Shown: positions 1-8,781 of the stretch, in pieces | Numbering within the stretch: position 1 is the first letter of the stretch | Layout: every line of letters begins with the position of its first letter | Origin: a virus | Virus record (IMG/VR): IMGVR_UViG_3300030450_001823 | Location: 33,236-97,235 of that record | Direction: 5' to 3' (one strand) | Length of the DNA stretch: 64,000 nt | Notes under the pieces: model-generated | What the model saw: only the letters and a program-made list of their open reading frames with translations | The model's database searches: none | What the model was told of the DNA's origin: nothing | Translations under genes and position numbers: made by a program

Positions 1-1
1 A

Positions 2-193
2 GAAAAACACAGTGATATGATTGTAGATTACATACGCTCTTTGCAATGGGCTGACTTTGACGAAGGTACTACTCGTTATCAAGTTGGTACAATTGTAGGT
101 ACAGACTACCCTCAGACATGTAAAATGTTATGGAGTAAAGGTCTCTGCCTTGGAAAGTGCCGTTACTGGGACAAGACGGGGGCGATAATTTGA
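2..193 (+). CDS. priL: Archaeal-type DNA primase large subunit, C-terminal Fe-S domain (5'-truncated by window edge)
   Basis: Not in the ORF track. Manual translation of frame 2 gives ...WADFDEGTTRYQVGTIVGTDYPQTCKMLWSKGLCLGKCRYW...; the DFDExxTRYQV and Y..C..L...GLC...C pattern matches the PriL C-terminal domain. Stop TGA at 191-193. Confidence 0.75.
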   Translation, partial: EKHSDMIVDYIRSLQWADFDEGTTRYQVGTIVGTDYPQTCKMLWSKGLCLGKCRYWDKTGAII

Positions 194-417
194 AGCAACA
201 CTCATTTCATGGCGCTGAGTGCGCCATATGCAAAAAGGGCATCAAAGTGAACAATAGGACCAAGCGCAGCATATGCTTTCAATGTAACAACAAATACCCG
301 CCGCCTCAAGAATACAGGTGTAAAGGGATTAATGCTAAAGGTGAACAGTGCGGCCAATGGGCTAAAGTTGAACTCGATTGGTGCGGCCTCCATATACCAA
401 AGGAGGGTAATAAATGA
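190..417 (+). CDS. Small double Zn-finger protein
   Basis: CAIC...CFQC plus a C-x8-C-x9-C-x2-H finger (RCKGINAKGEQC...WCGLH). TTG at 190 overlaps the priL stop and is a more likely start than 157. Confidence 0.55.
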   Translation: MKQHSFHGAECAICKKGIKVNNRTKRSICFQCNNKYPPPQEYRCKGINAKGEQCGQWAKVELDWCGLHIPKEGNK

Positions 418-530
418 AAGACAATGTGTGGGTACAGACCGCAGAGGCTATACTAATAATAGCCATTCTACTACCTATTGTAGTGGTACTATACCCTATT
501 TACTGGTTAAAAGAGAAGGTGTTTGGATGA
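414..530 (+). CDS. 38-aa single-pass membrane protein
   Basis: Manual translation MKDNVWVQTAEAILIIAILLPIVVVLYPIYWLKEKVFG*. It is preceded by GGAGG, overlaps the upstream stop, and its stop overlaps the next ATG (ATGA at 527-530). Confidence 0.6.
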   Translation: MKDNVWVQTAEAILIIAILLPIVVVLYPIYWLKEKVFG

Positions 531-1252
531 AGATACCTAACCTAATCATAGACTCTAACGAGCGGGGGCCTCTACGAGACTCTGTCATCCGTTTGTCTGA
601 AAAACAAGGCTTTGCAGTTAGTCAAGAGCATTTACAAGGACTAGGCGATTACAAGGTAGGCGCGGGTCATGTTGAGTGCAAGAGCCTAAGTGACTTTTTC
701 CAGTCAAGTCACAGTGGTCATCTTATGAGACAAATGGAAAACCTTGACTCTAATTGCGAGCGAGTTTTCCTAGTGGTACACGGCGACCTCGCTAAGTATG
801 TAGCCATGAGTAAAAAACAAGGTCGCAACATTTCCTATTCCAAAGTAATGAATGAACTACTAGGTACATTCGCAAGAATCATGGCAGACTTCGATTGCCA
901 TATCTATAGAGCGAAGGACCACTCAGAAGCGGGTATGTTCATCACTAAGTTACATTCCAAACTACACAAGCCCGCAAGTAGGCACGGTGCAAGGGCAGTT
1001 ACTCGTGTAAGTACAAACGATGTCCGAGCAGACATGCTTTTAACGGTGCCCGGATTCGGACCTGAGTTAGTCGAGCGGACACTTGAGAAATGCGGGTCGA
1101 TAGAAGAGATGTTATTCCAAGAATCACTAAAGCAAGTAAAGGGTATGGGGGCTACATTGAGGAAAAGATTACTAGATGTACTGACATCAGAAGAGCCGGT
1201 TAAGATTCAGAGGAAATACAATAAGAGAGGGAATTACAATGATGGAACATAG
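527..1252 (+). CDS. ERCC4/XPF-Mus81 family structure-specific nuclease with C-terminal HhH
   Basis: IIDSNER, GDY and VECKSLSDF (ERKxxxD-like) motifs; HhH motifs VPGFGPEL and VKGMGATL. The true start is probably ATG 527 (MKIPNL), not 332. Confidence 0.85.
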   Translation: MKIPNLIIDSNERGPLRDSVIRLSEKQGFAVSQEHLQGLGDYKVGAGHVECKSLSDFFQSSHSGHLMRQMENLDSNCERVFLVVHGDLAKYVAMSKKQGRNISYSKVMNELLGTFARIMADFDCHIYRAKDHSEAGMFITKLHSKLHKPASRHGARAVTRVSTNDVRADMLLTVPGFGPELVERTLEKCGSIEEMLFQESLKQVKGMGATLRKRLLDVLTSEEPVKIQRKYNKRGNYNDGT

Positions 1253-2663
1253 AGCAGATAACTACGAATGCGTGCATAGATACCCAATTCTAAAGGGTTA
1301 CTTAGAACACTTTAACCAAGTGTCAAAAAATAATGAAATACCGGGGCTACTGTCCTTCTTTTTCATACAAGGTCAGGCGGCCATACCTTATGTCCGCATC
1401 CCTGTGGGTGGTAGTAACCTTGACCCTCGTGTGAGTATGTTTTGGATTCAAGGTACTCGTACCGGTAAATCAGCAGCATACCAAGTGATAGAGCAGGTAC
1501 TGAAAGGCGCTGGCTTACAGTCCACTGACTATGCGTCGGGTAACGATGCTGCACTTGTCGGTACGCTTGTAGACGACCCCGAATCAGAAGATAGGAGAAA
1601 CCCTGACCAAATAGTAAGAGCAGGTCTACTGGCAGGTAGAAAGGGACTTAACTTTGACGAAGGGTCCATTTTGCTGAAAACCGGCCAGCACAATGAGAAT
1701 ACAACACTGTTCCTTCAAACGGCGCTGAACTCATCAGGTACAGGTCGTAACATACTGGTCAAACACATGGCTAGAGACACATTTGAAATCAAATCCGAAG
1801 TATCTCTTTGGATTACCACATACCCGCCTAACGGTATCAAAGAGCATGTACTTGACAAAGGTATTTTCCAAAGAGTACTGACCTACTGGCGACATTGGAC
1901 TCTTGAAATGAAAAGAGAAATCGCCCACGAATTAGCAGACGCTGTGCACAGTAAGCCCGACTTCACTATGTCATTTGAAAAGGTCATAGAACATTTCATC
2001 AACATTCAGAAGAACCTCAAGCAGAGGGTATTCAAGTTGACTGGATTGAACGATATGGAGTGGAATGACATGAATGAAGAAGACCAAGACTCTACGGTTT
2101 TGGCAATAATGGATGATTTGTTCACAGTACACCCCTCTTTCCACCCAGCGCTACACTTGGCAATAGACGACTACTATGATTCAATAGAAGACATGGACCC
2201 GCAAAAACAAGGCGTATGTGCTTCTTTCATCATGGGTCTACAGAATTACACAAATGTATTGGCGCATCACATGGCTATGATAGAAGGCGTTTGGGTAGTC
2301 ACTGGTGAACATGTAGACATGGCTAAGGAAATCCTTTACGACCTATATCAGAACTTGATACACTGGCTAGAATCAGAAGTGAAAGTCGGTATGGTTGGTA
2401 AGGAAAAGCAGAAATTAGAAGGTGCTTGGAAAGAGGCATTCAAGCGATGTGAAAAGTTTGACTTTGACGATAACAGAGGAGTAGGCTGGGTCAGAAAGAG
2501 TTCGATGATGAAGCAATTCGGAGTCATTGCTAACTTGAGTTCAGATAGCGCTATCAACAACAAGTACAATTCATTCGGTGCCAAGGTGTTTGAAGAGACA
2601 AACGAAGGCGTCAGAAAATACGCTAGACTAAGGGCTGATTACAGAGACAATAAGAAAGCGTGA
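1239..2663 (+). CDS. MCM-like AAA+ ATPase, putative replicative helicase
   Basis: Walker A GTRTGKS, Walker B LNFDEGS, MCM-like AGLLAG, arginine finger GIFQRVL and C-terminal VTGEHVDMAKEIL helix; lies in the replication block. Confidence 0.65.
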   Translation: MMEHRADNYECVHRYPILKGYLEHFNQVSKNNEIPGLLSFFFIQGQAAIPYVRIPVGGSNLDPRVSMFWIQGTRTGKSAAYQVIEQVLKGAGLQSTDYASGNDAALVGTLVDDPESEDRRNPDQIVRAGLLAGRKGLNFDEGSILLKTGQHNENTTLFLQTALNSSGTGRNILVKHMARDTFEIKSEVSLWITTYPPNGIKEHVLDKGIFQRVLTYWRHWTLEMKREIAHELADAVHSKPDFTMSFEKVIEHFINIQKNLKQRVFKLTGLNDMEWNDMNEEDQDSTVLAIMDDLFTVHPSFHPALHLAIDDYYDSIEDMDPQKQGVCASFIMGLQNYTNVLAHHMAMIEGVWVVTGEHVDMAKEILYDLYQNLIHWLESEVKVGMVGKEKQKLEGAWKEAFKRCEKFDFDDNRGVGWVRKSSMMKQFGVIANLSSDSAINNKYNSFGAKVFEETNEGVRKYARLRADYRDNKKA

Positions 2664-2701
2664 TAGGTGTCTACTTACTGGGAATACAATAGAGGGATGA
2701 T

Positions 2702-3310
2702 ATGAATAAGATGCTGGCACTTGATATAGAGACTGCAAATTACTCTCATGAAATAGGAGGCTGGGGTCAAACTCACTTGTTTGAACCTAGCGTAGTCGCT
2801 ACATGGGATGGTAACGAGGGTGTAGTTTACGCGAATGAAAATGTAGAAAAATATCTACCCGAAGGTACTATCATCAAGTCACTCCATCCTAAAACACTCG
2901 GAGAGGACCTTGCCAAGCATGTATCTGATGGAGGAATGGTACTCGGTCATAACTTGAAAATGTTTGACCTACCTATACTCCGAGACGCTTTGGATTGCTG
3001 GACTGCAAGAGACATTATGAACAAATCAGCCGAGCAAGTTTTTGACACATCTGCTTTGCTCAAAGGTATAGTCGGTCACGCTGTCCCATTGTCAGATGCC
3101 TGTTACCATACTCTTGGTAAAGGTAAACTCATGACTAGTCACGACGCCCCAATAGAGTGGAGAAAGGGTAATCACAGCAAAGTTGCTGAGTATTGCCTCA
3201 AAGATGCGGAATTAGTTTATGAACTATGGCGTCACGGCGTAGACGAGGGACTCATAAAAGCCCGGTGCAGGTCATCGGGCGAAGTCAAAGAATACGAAGT
3301 AGATTGGTGA
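2702..3310 (+). CDS. DEDD/RNase H-like 3'-5' exonuclease
   Basis: ExoI ALDIET, Exo[12 protein letters not shown], Exo[12 protein letters not shown]. Confidence 0.85.
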   Translation: MNKMLALDIETANYSHEIGGWGQTHLFEPSVVATWDGNEGVVYANENVEKYLPEGTIIKSLHPKTLGEDLAKHVSDGGMVLGHNLKMFDLPILRDALDCWTARDIMNKSAEQVFDTSALLKGIVGHAVPLSDACYHTLGKGKLMTSHDAPIEWRKGNHSKVAEYCLKDAELVYELWRHGVDEGLIKARCRSSGEVKEYEVDW

Positions 3311-3338
3311 TTCAAATAACAAAAAGAGAGGGAAATAT

Positions 3339-4835
3339 ATGCAAGATAATGATACGAGCGCAAGTGCAGTAGTGCACAATATAAGAGCAGCGAAACGAAC
3401 AGTTGACACCGTGAAAACAACCCTTGGTCCTATGGGAATGGATAAGATGATGGTTGACGGAGGTGGCAATGTCATTGTAACAAATGACGGGGCTACTATC
3501 CTACAGCAATTAGACATCGGCCACCCAGCGGCCAAGATGGTGGTAGAGGCCGCTAACACTCAAGAGAATATGTGTTATGACGGTACGACAAGTACAGTCG
3601 TATTAGCAGGGGAATTGCTAGGAAATAGCGAACTTCTGTTCAACAAGGGTCTACACGCTAATGTGATATGCAGAGGTTATAGAAAGGCCAGTAGATGGGC
3701 TATTGAGCACCTTGAATCACTAAAAGTGAAGTCCAAGGATAACCTACTACATGTGGCGACCACTTCAATTACAGGCAAAGCGCTGGAATCTAGTATGCAT
3801 CATGTAGGTGAACTGTGCGTCGACGCTGTCGAGAATGCCAAGGGTGACTACGAGCGAATCCGTGTACTATGTCAGCCGGGAGGAGCGCTGGATGACTCTT
3901 CTTGCTTTTCAGGTGTAGTGCTACACAAGGAGTTCATGTTACCCGCAATGCCGCTCAAGCCTAACGGCGATACTATCCTAATCAACACCGGTATGAGCGA
4001 CATTAAGTCCGATGATAATGTACAGTTAAACTTAGGCTCTGCTGCCGAATATCAGCAATATAAGCGACAATCTTCAAGGGATAACTGGGTCGACAAGGCA
4101 CAGCAAATCGCCTCACTTTTACCCAAAGGTGGAACTGTACTCGTTAGAGACAGTGTAAATGAGGTAATTGCTGCTACTCTTGCTAAACAAGGTATTTCTG
4201 TAGTACAGCGTATCCCTCAAAGCGACATGACTGCTCTATGTAAACTACTGGGTGCTACTATCGCACATACCCCCGATGACTTGATTGAAGCAGTAGATGC
4301 AGACATCGAATGTACCACTATTGGTGACATGAAGTACATTGTAGTAAAGGGCGCTGGAGAGGTAACCACGCTCATTCTAAGAGGTGCTACTAAGCAGACA
4401 TTGGATGAAACCGAGCGTGGATTTGAAGACGCATTGGGAGTAGTTTGCCTCGCTTATCAGACCAAGGGAGTGGTACCCGGCGGAGGCTCTTCATATCAGA
4501 ACATTGCACTTCATTTGCGCTCTCGTGCAGCAGAAGCGGGCGGTCGTGAACAGATGGCAATTGATGCATTTGCCGACTCACTGGAGTCTATACCCGCTAC
4601 TATCGCAGAGAATGCCGGTCACGATGCATTAGACACTGTATTGATGCTAAGGAATGAACATCAGCAAGGTAACTCTGATGCAGGTCCTGATATTGAGAAT
4701 GGCGGCGCTTGCTCTATGTCTAAGGCGAATGTATGGGAGCCGCTGGCTCTTGTTCGTCAGGCTATACAATCTGCTAGTGAAGTTACAATCAGTATCCTAC
4801 GAATAGATGACATAATCGGCAAGAAGAGTGAATGA
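3339..4835 (+). CDS. ths: Group II chaperonin (thermosome-like)
   Basis: [44 protein letters not shown] and ILRIDDII, all characteristic of thermosome/CCT subunits. Confidence 0.95.
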   Translation: MQDNDTSASAVVHNIRAAKRTVDTVKTTLGPMGMDKMMVDGGGNVIVTNDGATILQQLDIGHPAAKMVVEAANTQENMCYDGTTSTVVLAGELLGNSELLFNKGLHANVICRGYRKASRWAIEHLESLKVKSKDNLLHVATTSITGKALESSMHHVGELCVDAVENAKGDYERIRVLCQPGGALDDSSCFSGVVLHKEFMLPAMPLKPNGDTILINTGMSDIKSDDNVQLNLGSAAEYQQYKRQSSRDNWVDKAQQIASLLPKGGTVLVRDSVNEVIAATLAKQGISVVQRIPQSDMTALCKLLGATIAHTPDDLIEAVDADIECTTIGDMKYIVVKGAGEVTTLILRGATKQTLDETERGFEDALGVVCLAYQTKGVVPGGGSSYQNIALHLRSRAAEAGGREQMAIDAFADSLESIPATIAENAGHDALDTVLMLRNEHQQGNSDAGPDIENGGACSMSKANVWEPLALVRQAIQSASEVTISILRIDDIIGKKSE

Positions 4836-5090
4836 TTACAACTTCTTAGCCATTTCCCTGAGATATTGGGATAATCTACCGTTAGCCCGTTTAGCAACCC
4901 TTTTGCTCTTACGCTTGCGTAAACCCAGTAAACCTAATTGGCCGTGAAATCGTAGGTAACCGCAATGAGAGCACTCGTGCAGTACAGCGGTTTCTCCTGA
5001 AATATATCTCCCTGAAATTGAGCGAGGCAGTGCAACTTTAGTGCAACTTTCACACTTTTGCTTGAGCATGTCAATGAGTCTACCCATCAA
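4836..5090 (-). CDS. Small basic Zn-ribbon protein
   Basis: CESC...CSHC with a Lys/Arg-rich C-terminus; last gene of the - strand block. Confidence 0.6.
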   Translation of the reverse strand: MMGRLIDMLKQKCESCTKVALPRSISGRYISGETAVLHECSHCGYLRFHGQLGLLGLRKRKSKRVAKRANGRLSQYLREMAKKL

Positions 5091-6286
5091 CTACTCACCG
5101 TGTTTAAGTTCACTTTATGCCAATCTGCACCATCGTACACGAACTTGCCGCATTCTCCATTAGCGACATCTTGGTTAATCTTAGTGTTAGTACTATGCCC
5201 TCCACTCGTAGAATCGAAGTGGAGAGTATGCGCCCCAGCCTTATGGTAAATCTCGACAGTATGACCTGCTGGGAATGTACCAGTTGGATTGAGTTTGCGA
5301 GCAGCGTCAGTAGTAATAATCCAAATGTTAGGCTCATCGAACTTGAATGTAACATCTGCTCCTGACATTGTTAGTACTTTTACTTCATCAGGCCCTAGTC
5401 TATGGGTATGCATGGCCTTAGTGCCCCCTAGAGTACGAGAGGCGGCGTAATAGAGCATAGAATGAGAATCAGGCGTATGGCTCTGCCAAACTGCGCCAAA
5501 CTCACTATTAGTCAAATCTCCACCTTCATTACTAGCATAAAGTGCATTCAAATCAGTGTGTAACCTCACTGCATTAGCAGCCGTATGAAAACTAGTACCG
5601 GTGGTTATTCCACCCTTTGTCATGTGCTGTATATACATGGGGCTATTTCTGATAAACACACGCCTGTCATGCAAAACAGGAGTGTCATTGAGTGCGTCTA
5701 TTAAGTTACCAGCGGTTTGGTCTAAACTGTACCTAAGTATACCCAATACAATAGATTGGTGATTGCTACGAGTATTGTCTATCGAAGGGTCAGCGAGGAA
5801 ACTAGACGGGATTAGGGGAGTACCTACAGCGGGCGCTACAGGTGTACCAACTTCGTATCTAATCCTACCAGTTAGGGTATCGTCGGAGCATATGTAAACT
5901 ACGACATAGACATCGCTTGCTGCGGTGGGTACCGCCGGTAATTCGCCATTGAAATTAGCAGTACCAGTGGTACCTACAACTATCGCTTGGCTTGAACCCG
6001 GACCACCTGCGAACTTGTACAGAACTCCATCTAATACGCACCATCCACCGTGTATTGTCAGCGCACCCGAAGCACCTACTTCGATGTAACCCGGAGTACT
6101 TGCGACTAGGCTATTTCTAAGACTAGTCCCAATAGCGGTGTCAGACATACGGATTATACCATTACCATGTAGACCTTCGTATAAGTTAGTCAAACTTGGA
6201 GAAGACAAGCCATCTCCGTCTCTTAGTCCTTCGGCACTAGTGCCCATTCCGGTTGCGTTTGTATGCCCTGCTATAGGATTCGTCAT
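5087..6286 (-). CDS. Tail tip/baseplate-associated structural protein
   Basis: Gly/Thr-rich beta composition with GWCVLDG, VYVVVY and DRRVF motifs typical of tail-fibre anchor domains; terminal position in the tail operon. Confidence 0.5.
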   Translation of the reverse strand: MTNPIAGHTNATGMGTSAEGLRDGDGLSSPSLTNLYEGLHGNGIIRMSDTAIGTSLRNSLVASTPGYIEVGASGALTIHGGWCVLDGVLYKFAGGPGSSQAIVVGTTGTANFNGELPAVPTAASDVYVVVYICSDDTLTGRIRYEVGTPVAPAVGTPLIPSSFLADPSIDNTRSNHQSIVLGILRYSLDQTAGNLIDALNDTPVLHDRRVFIRNSPMYIQHMTKGGITTGTSFHTAANAVRLHTDLNALYASNEGGDLTNSEFGAVWQSHTPDSHSMLYYAASRTLGGTKAMHTHRLGPDEVKVLTMSGADVTFKFDEPNIWIITTDAARKLNPTGTFPAGHTVEIYHKAGAHTLHFDSTSGGHSTNTKINQDVANGECGKFVYDGADWHKVNLNTVSS

Positions 6287-6639
6287 GCGTTCACCTCAAT
6301 AATTGCTGAGAAAATAACTTCATTGTCGTTAGTCTTAGTAATTGAGTCGTATGTATACCTAAGTAAAGCGGTAGTATCGGTGGCATCGCTTGGATTCTTA
6401 TACTGCACAACTACTTCCCTCAAAGGACTCGTAAAAGAACTATCTAATGACAATTTGGCTTCAATTGCCAAACTATGGTCGTCAATTACCTTAACTGTGG
6501 GCGTAACAACGATTGCTGGCTGCGATGCGCCCGTATCGTCTTGGCTGGCAAGATTGCCACCGAATCCGAATATAACTTCGTTAATTCTACCTTTTAGCGT
6601 GTCTATCATGTATCTAGTTCCTTGGTTTAATAATGGCAT
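6283..6639 (-). CDS. Small tail/baseplate protein
   Basis: 118 aa; LREVVV...LLRYTYDSITKTND pattern resembles tail-collar/fibre N-terminal domains; translationally coupled to neighbours. Confidence 0.45.
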   Translation of the reverse strand: MPLLNQGTRYMIDTLKGRINEVIFGFGGNLASQDDTGASQPAIVVTPTVKVIDDHSLAIEAKLSLDSSFTSPLREVVVQYKNPSDATDTTALLRYTYDSITKTNDNEVIFSAIIEVNA

Positions 6640-6640
6640 A

Positions 6641-8350
6641 TCAGCCTCTCCTTCTACTTGAGTATGTTCCTTTGTTCAGCCCTATAGTTAAGTGGTTATT
6701 GTAAGATTCGGGCAAACTATCTATGGATATTTGGAATAACTCTTCATTATCCTTGACTAAATCAGGTGATTTTTTAGTAATTACGACTTGGTTAGCACTA
6801 GCAGAACTGAGTTTACCTAACAAGTTACCATTGGACCTGTAGACAAAGGCATCTGCCTTACCTGCGCTAATTATACTTGATGTGAATATATCGTCAGCAT
6901 CCGTACCATCAGTTGCAAATGTAGTAGTATTAACTGCATAACCTCCTCCGTTGTTAATCAAAATACCTGTACTTTTCAAATGCCTACCGCCGTGTATGGT
7001 AGATTTACTAGGTATACCTATTGCCATACCTTTTGTTGGATTCCTGATACTGCGCTCTTCTACTTGCCAAGACACCTTGATATTGAAACCAAACGATGTA
7101 AAGAAGTCTTCTTTGCCAAATTGTCGGTTACGCTCTTCGTTATCCTTTGTACTAGAACTGATGTCTACTTCTTGGAATCTTTGTAAAATATCCTCTAAAG
7201 AGCCATCTACTGAGTTGATATTGATTTCAGACTTAGCGTTTATCAAGTCGTGTTTAGTAGAAAGTACTACTTGTCTTTGTGAATCGGTCAATGTGTCGTA
7301 TGAAATCACATCTCCGGGCTGAACATTAGAAGCGTGAACTACTCCCATCAATTTTTCACCACCAGTCGCTCTTTTAGACATAGAAAGCACCCTACGACCG
7401 ATATTTCTAGCACTTGCTTTGGTAACAGCAGTAGGTGCGTATATACCGCCCGGTATTTCATTGACACCATCTACTTGAGGGCCTAAGTCATCTATTTGTA
7501 CCGTATTGTCATCGTTATTAGCCCTTGATTTGCCCCTTACTATGACACGATTAGGTGTGTTTTTACTGGCATTTTTAACAGAGCCTTCTGTCACCATAGA
7601 TTGGGTAACATAGTGCTCCCTGTTGTGCTTCTTTTGGTGAGAATAATGCAAGTTTCCAAACTGGTCGGTAGTAGTGTTATACCCGTCGTGTTTAGACAAG
7701 AACCTCATAGCAGTTATGCCATCTACGCCGTAGAAATCCTGTGCTACGAATGTGCCACTTGGGTTATTTATGCTCAATCCGTTGAGCGAGTTGGTAGTAC
7801 CCTTGGCAAGCCTAGCAACGAGGTCAGTTGTACGCAATCCGACATTGACTTTCTGACCTATGTGAACCGTTTTGCTAGTAAATCCAACCTGTTTCAATTC
7901 TTTACCTTTCATATTACCAATTCGATAACGAGTACCGTCGGTGGCACTCAACACATCGTCTAACTCGGTTTGAGGTGAAACTAATGCCGAGACAACAAGT
8001 GACTGTGAAGGGTCATCTCCGCCGATTAACAAAGGAGGCAAGGTGTAACGATTGAGTGAAACTTCGTCGCTATCAAAGAATATACTACCCGTATACTTAT
8101 GACCGTCGCTTACCTTATGAGTCAAACGGATAGTATCTTCTTCTTCTACAAGTGTGTACTTACGGTCATGCGTCGGTACAAAGTCCGTTGCAGTGGGTGC
8201 TTTTACAGAAAACCCACTTTGTACCTTGTTATATTCAGCATGGCGCATACCGTTATCCACAAACTTAGGCTTACGCACGCGCTTCATGACGGGTGTTTGG
8301 CTCGCATTGGAACGACCAGTGATTGTGTTCTTACCTAGTGCCATACTCAC
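6641..8350 (-). CDS. Baseplate hub-like tail protein
   Basis: DQFGNLHY, NRVIVRGK, A..IGRRVL and VQPGDVI motifs typical of hub/Tal proteins; carries one copy of beta module B near the C-terminus. Confidence 0.55.
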   Translation of the reverse strand: MSMALGKNTITGRSNASQTPVMKRVRKPKFVDNGMRHAEYNKVQSGFSVKAPTATDFVPTHDRKYTLVEEEDTIRLTHKVSDGHKYTGSIFFDSDEVSLNRYTLPPLLIGGDDPSQSLVVSALVSPQTELDDVLSATDGTRYRIGNMKGKELKQVGFTSKTVHIGQKVNVGLRTTDLVARLAKGTTNSLNGLSINNPSGTFVAQDFYGVDGITAMRFLSKHDGYNTTTDQFGNLHYSHQKKHNREHYVTQSMVTEGSVKNASKNTPNRVIVRGKSRANNDDNTVQIDDLGPQVDGVNEIPGGIYAPTAVTKASARNIGRRVLSMSKRATGGEKLMGVVHASNVQPGDVISYDTLTDSQRQVVLSTKHDLINAKSEININSVDGSLEDILQRFQEVDISSSTKDNEERNRQFGKEDFFTSFGFNIKVSWQVEERSIRNPTKGMAIGIPSKSTIHGGRHLKSTGILINNGGGYAVNTTTFATDGTDADDIFTSSIISAGKADAFVYRSNGNLLGKLSSASANQVVITKKSPDLVKDNEELFQISIDSLPESYNNHLTIGLNKGTYSSRRRG

Positions 8351-8781
8351 TCTCCCCTTAACATACCAATGGCCTTGTTGTATCTCCGAGCGAGACTCTC
8401 ATGTGGTTGCCTCTTTAGATTAGCATGTAAGTCGGCCAATTTCACTTGCCTTGCTTCGGGGTGTTCGTTGGCTCGTTGAATGAAATCAAAGTATTGTTCT
8501 CCTTCACGACGAGTCAAAGCATCAATTGCTGAGCCTACTTCGGGACCAAAGCGTTCATGGATTTCGTCTAAACTCACTCCCGTATCTTCTACCACATCAT
8601 GTAAGTAAGCGATGCGCTGTAGGTACGGGTCAGTGAAACCACTGGCAACATCCTCTACATGCGTCATGTAAGGTTGGTCTCCGTATAGTTGGTCACCGTG
8701 TGCTTGAGTAGCAAACTCGCGGGCTTCTTGGGGCATTTTCAGAATCCTCCAAGCCTTATCCATTGGTGTCATGCCACTCAC
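8347..8781 (-). CDS. HD-domain hydrolase, SpoT/Mesh1 ((p)ppGpp hydrolase)-like, with N-terminal AWxxLK tag
   Basis: AHGDQ..G..PYMTH, AYLHDVVEDT, FGPEV...IDALTR and VKLADLHAN are hallmark RelA/SpoT HD motifs. Confidence 0.85.
   Translation of the reverse strand: MSGMTPMDKAWRILKMPQEAREFATQAHGDQLYGDQPYMTHVEDVASGFTDPYLQRIAYLHDVVEDTGVSLDEIHERFGPEVGSAIDALTRREGEQYFDFIQRANEHPEARQVKLADLHANLKRQPHESLARRYNKAIGMLRGE

Noticed and set aside
332-526. N-terminal 65 aa of the 306-aa ORF in the track
   Set aside because: It overlaps two better-supported small genes; the ERCC4 domain begins at ATG 527.
2416-2450. LEGAWKEAFK in the MCM-like protein as another copy of the tag
   Set aside because: It lacks the Asp before AW and the Leu before Lys, and lies in a replication protein; probably chance.
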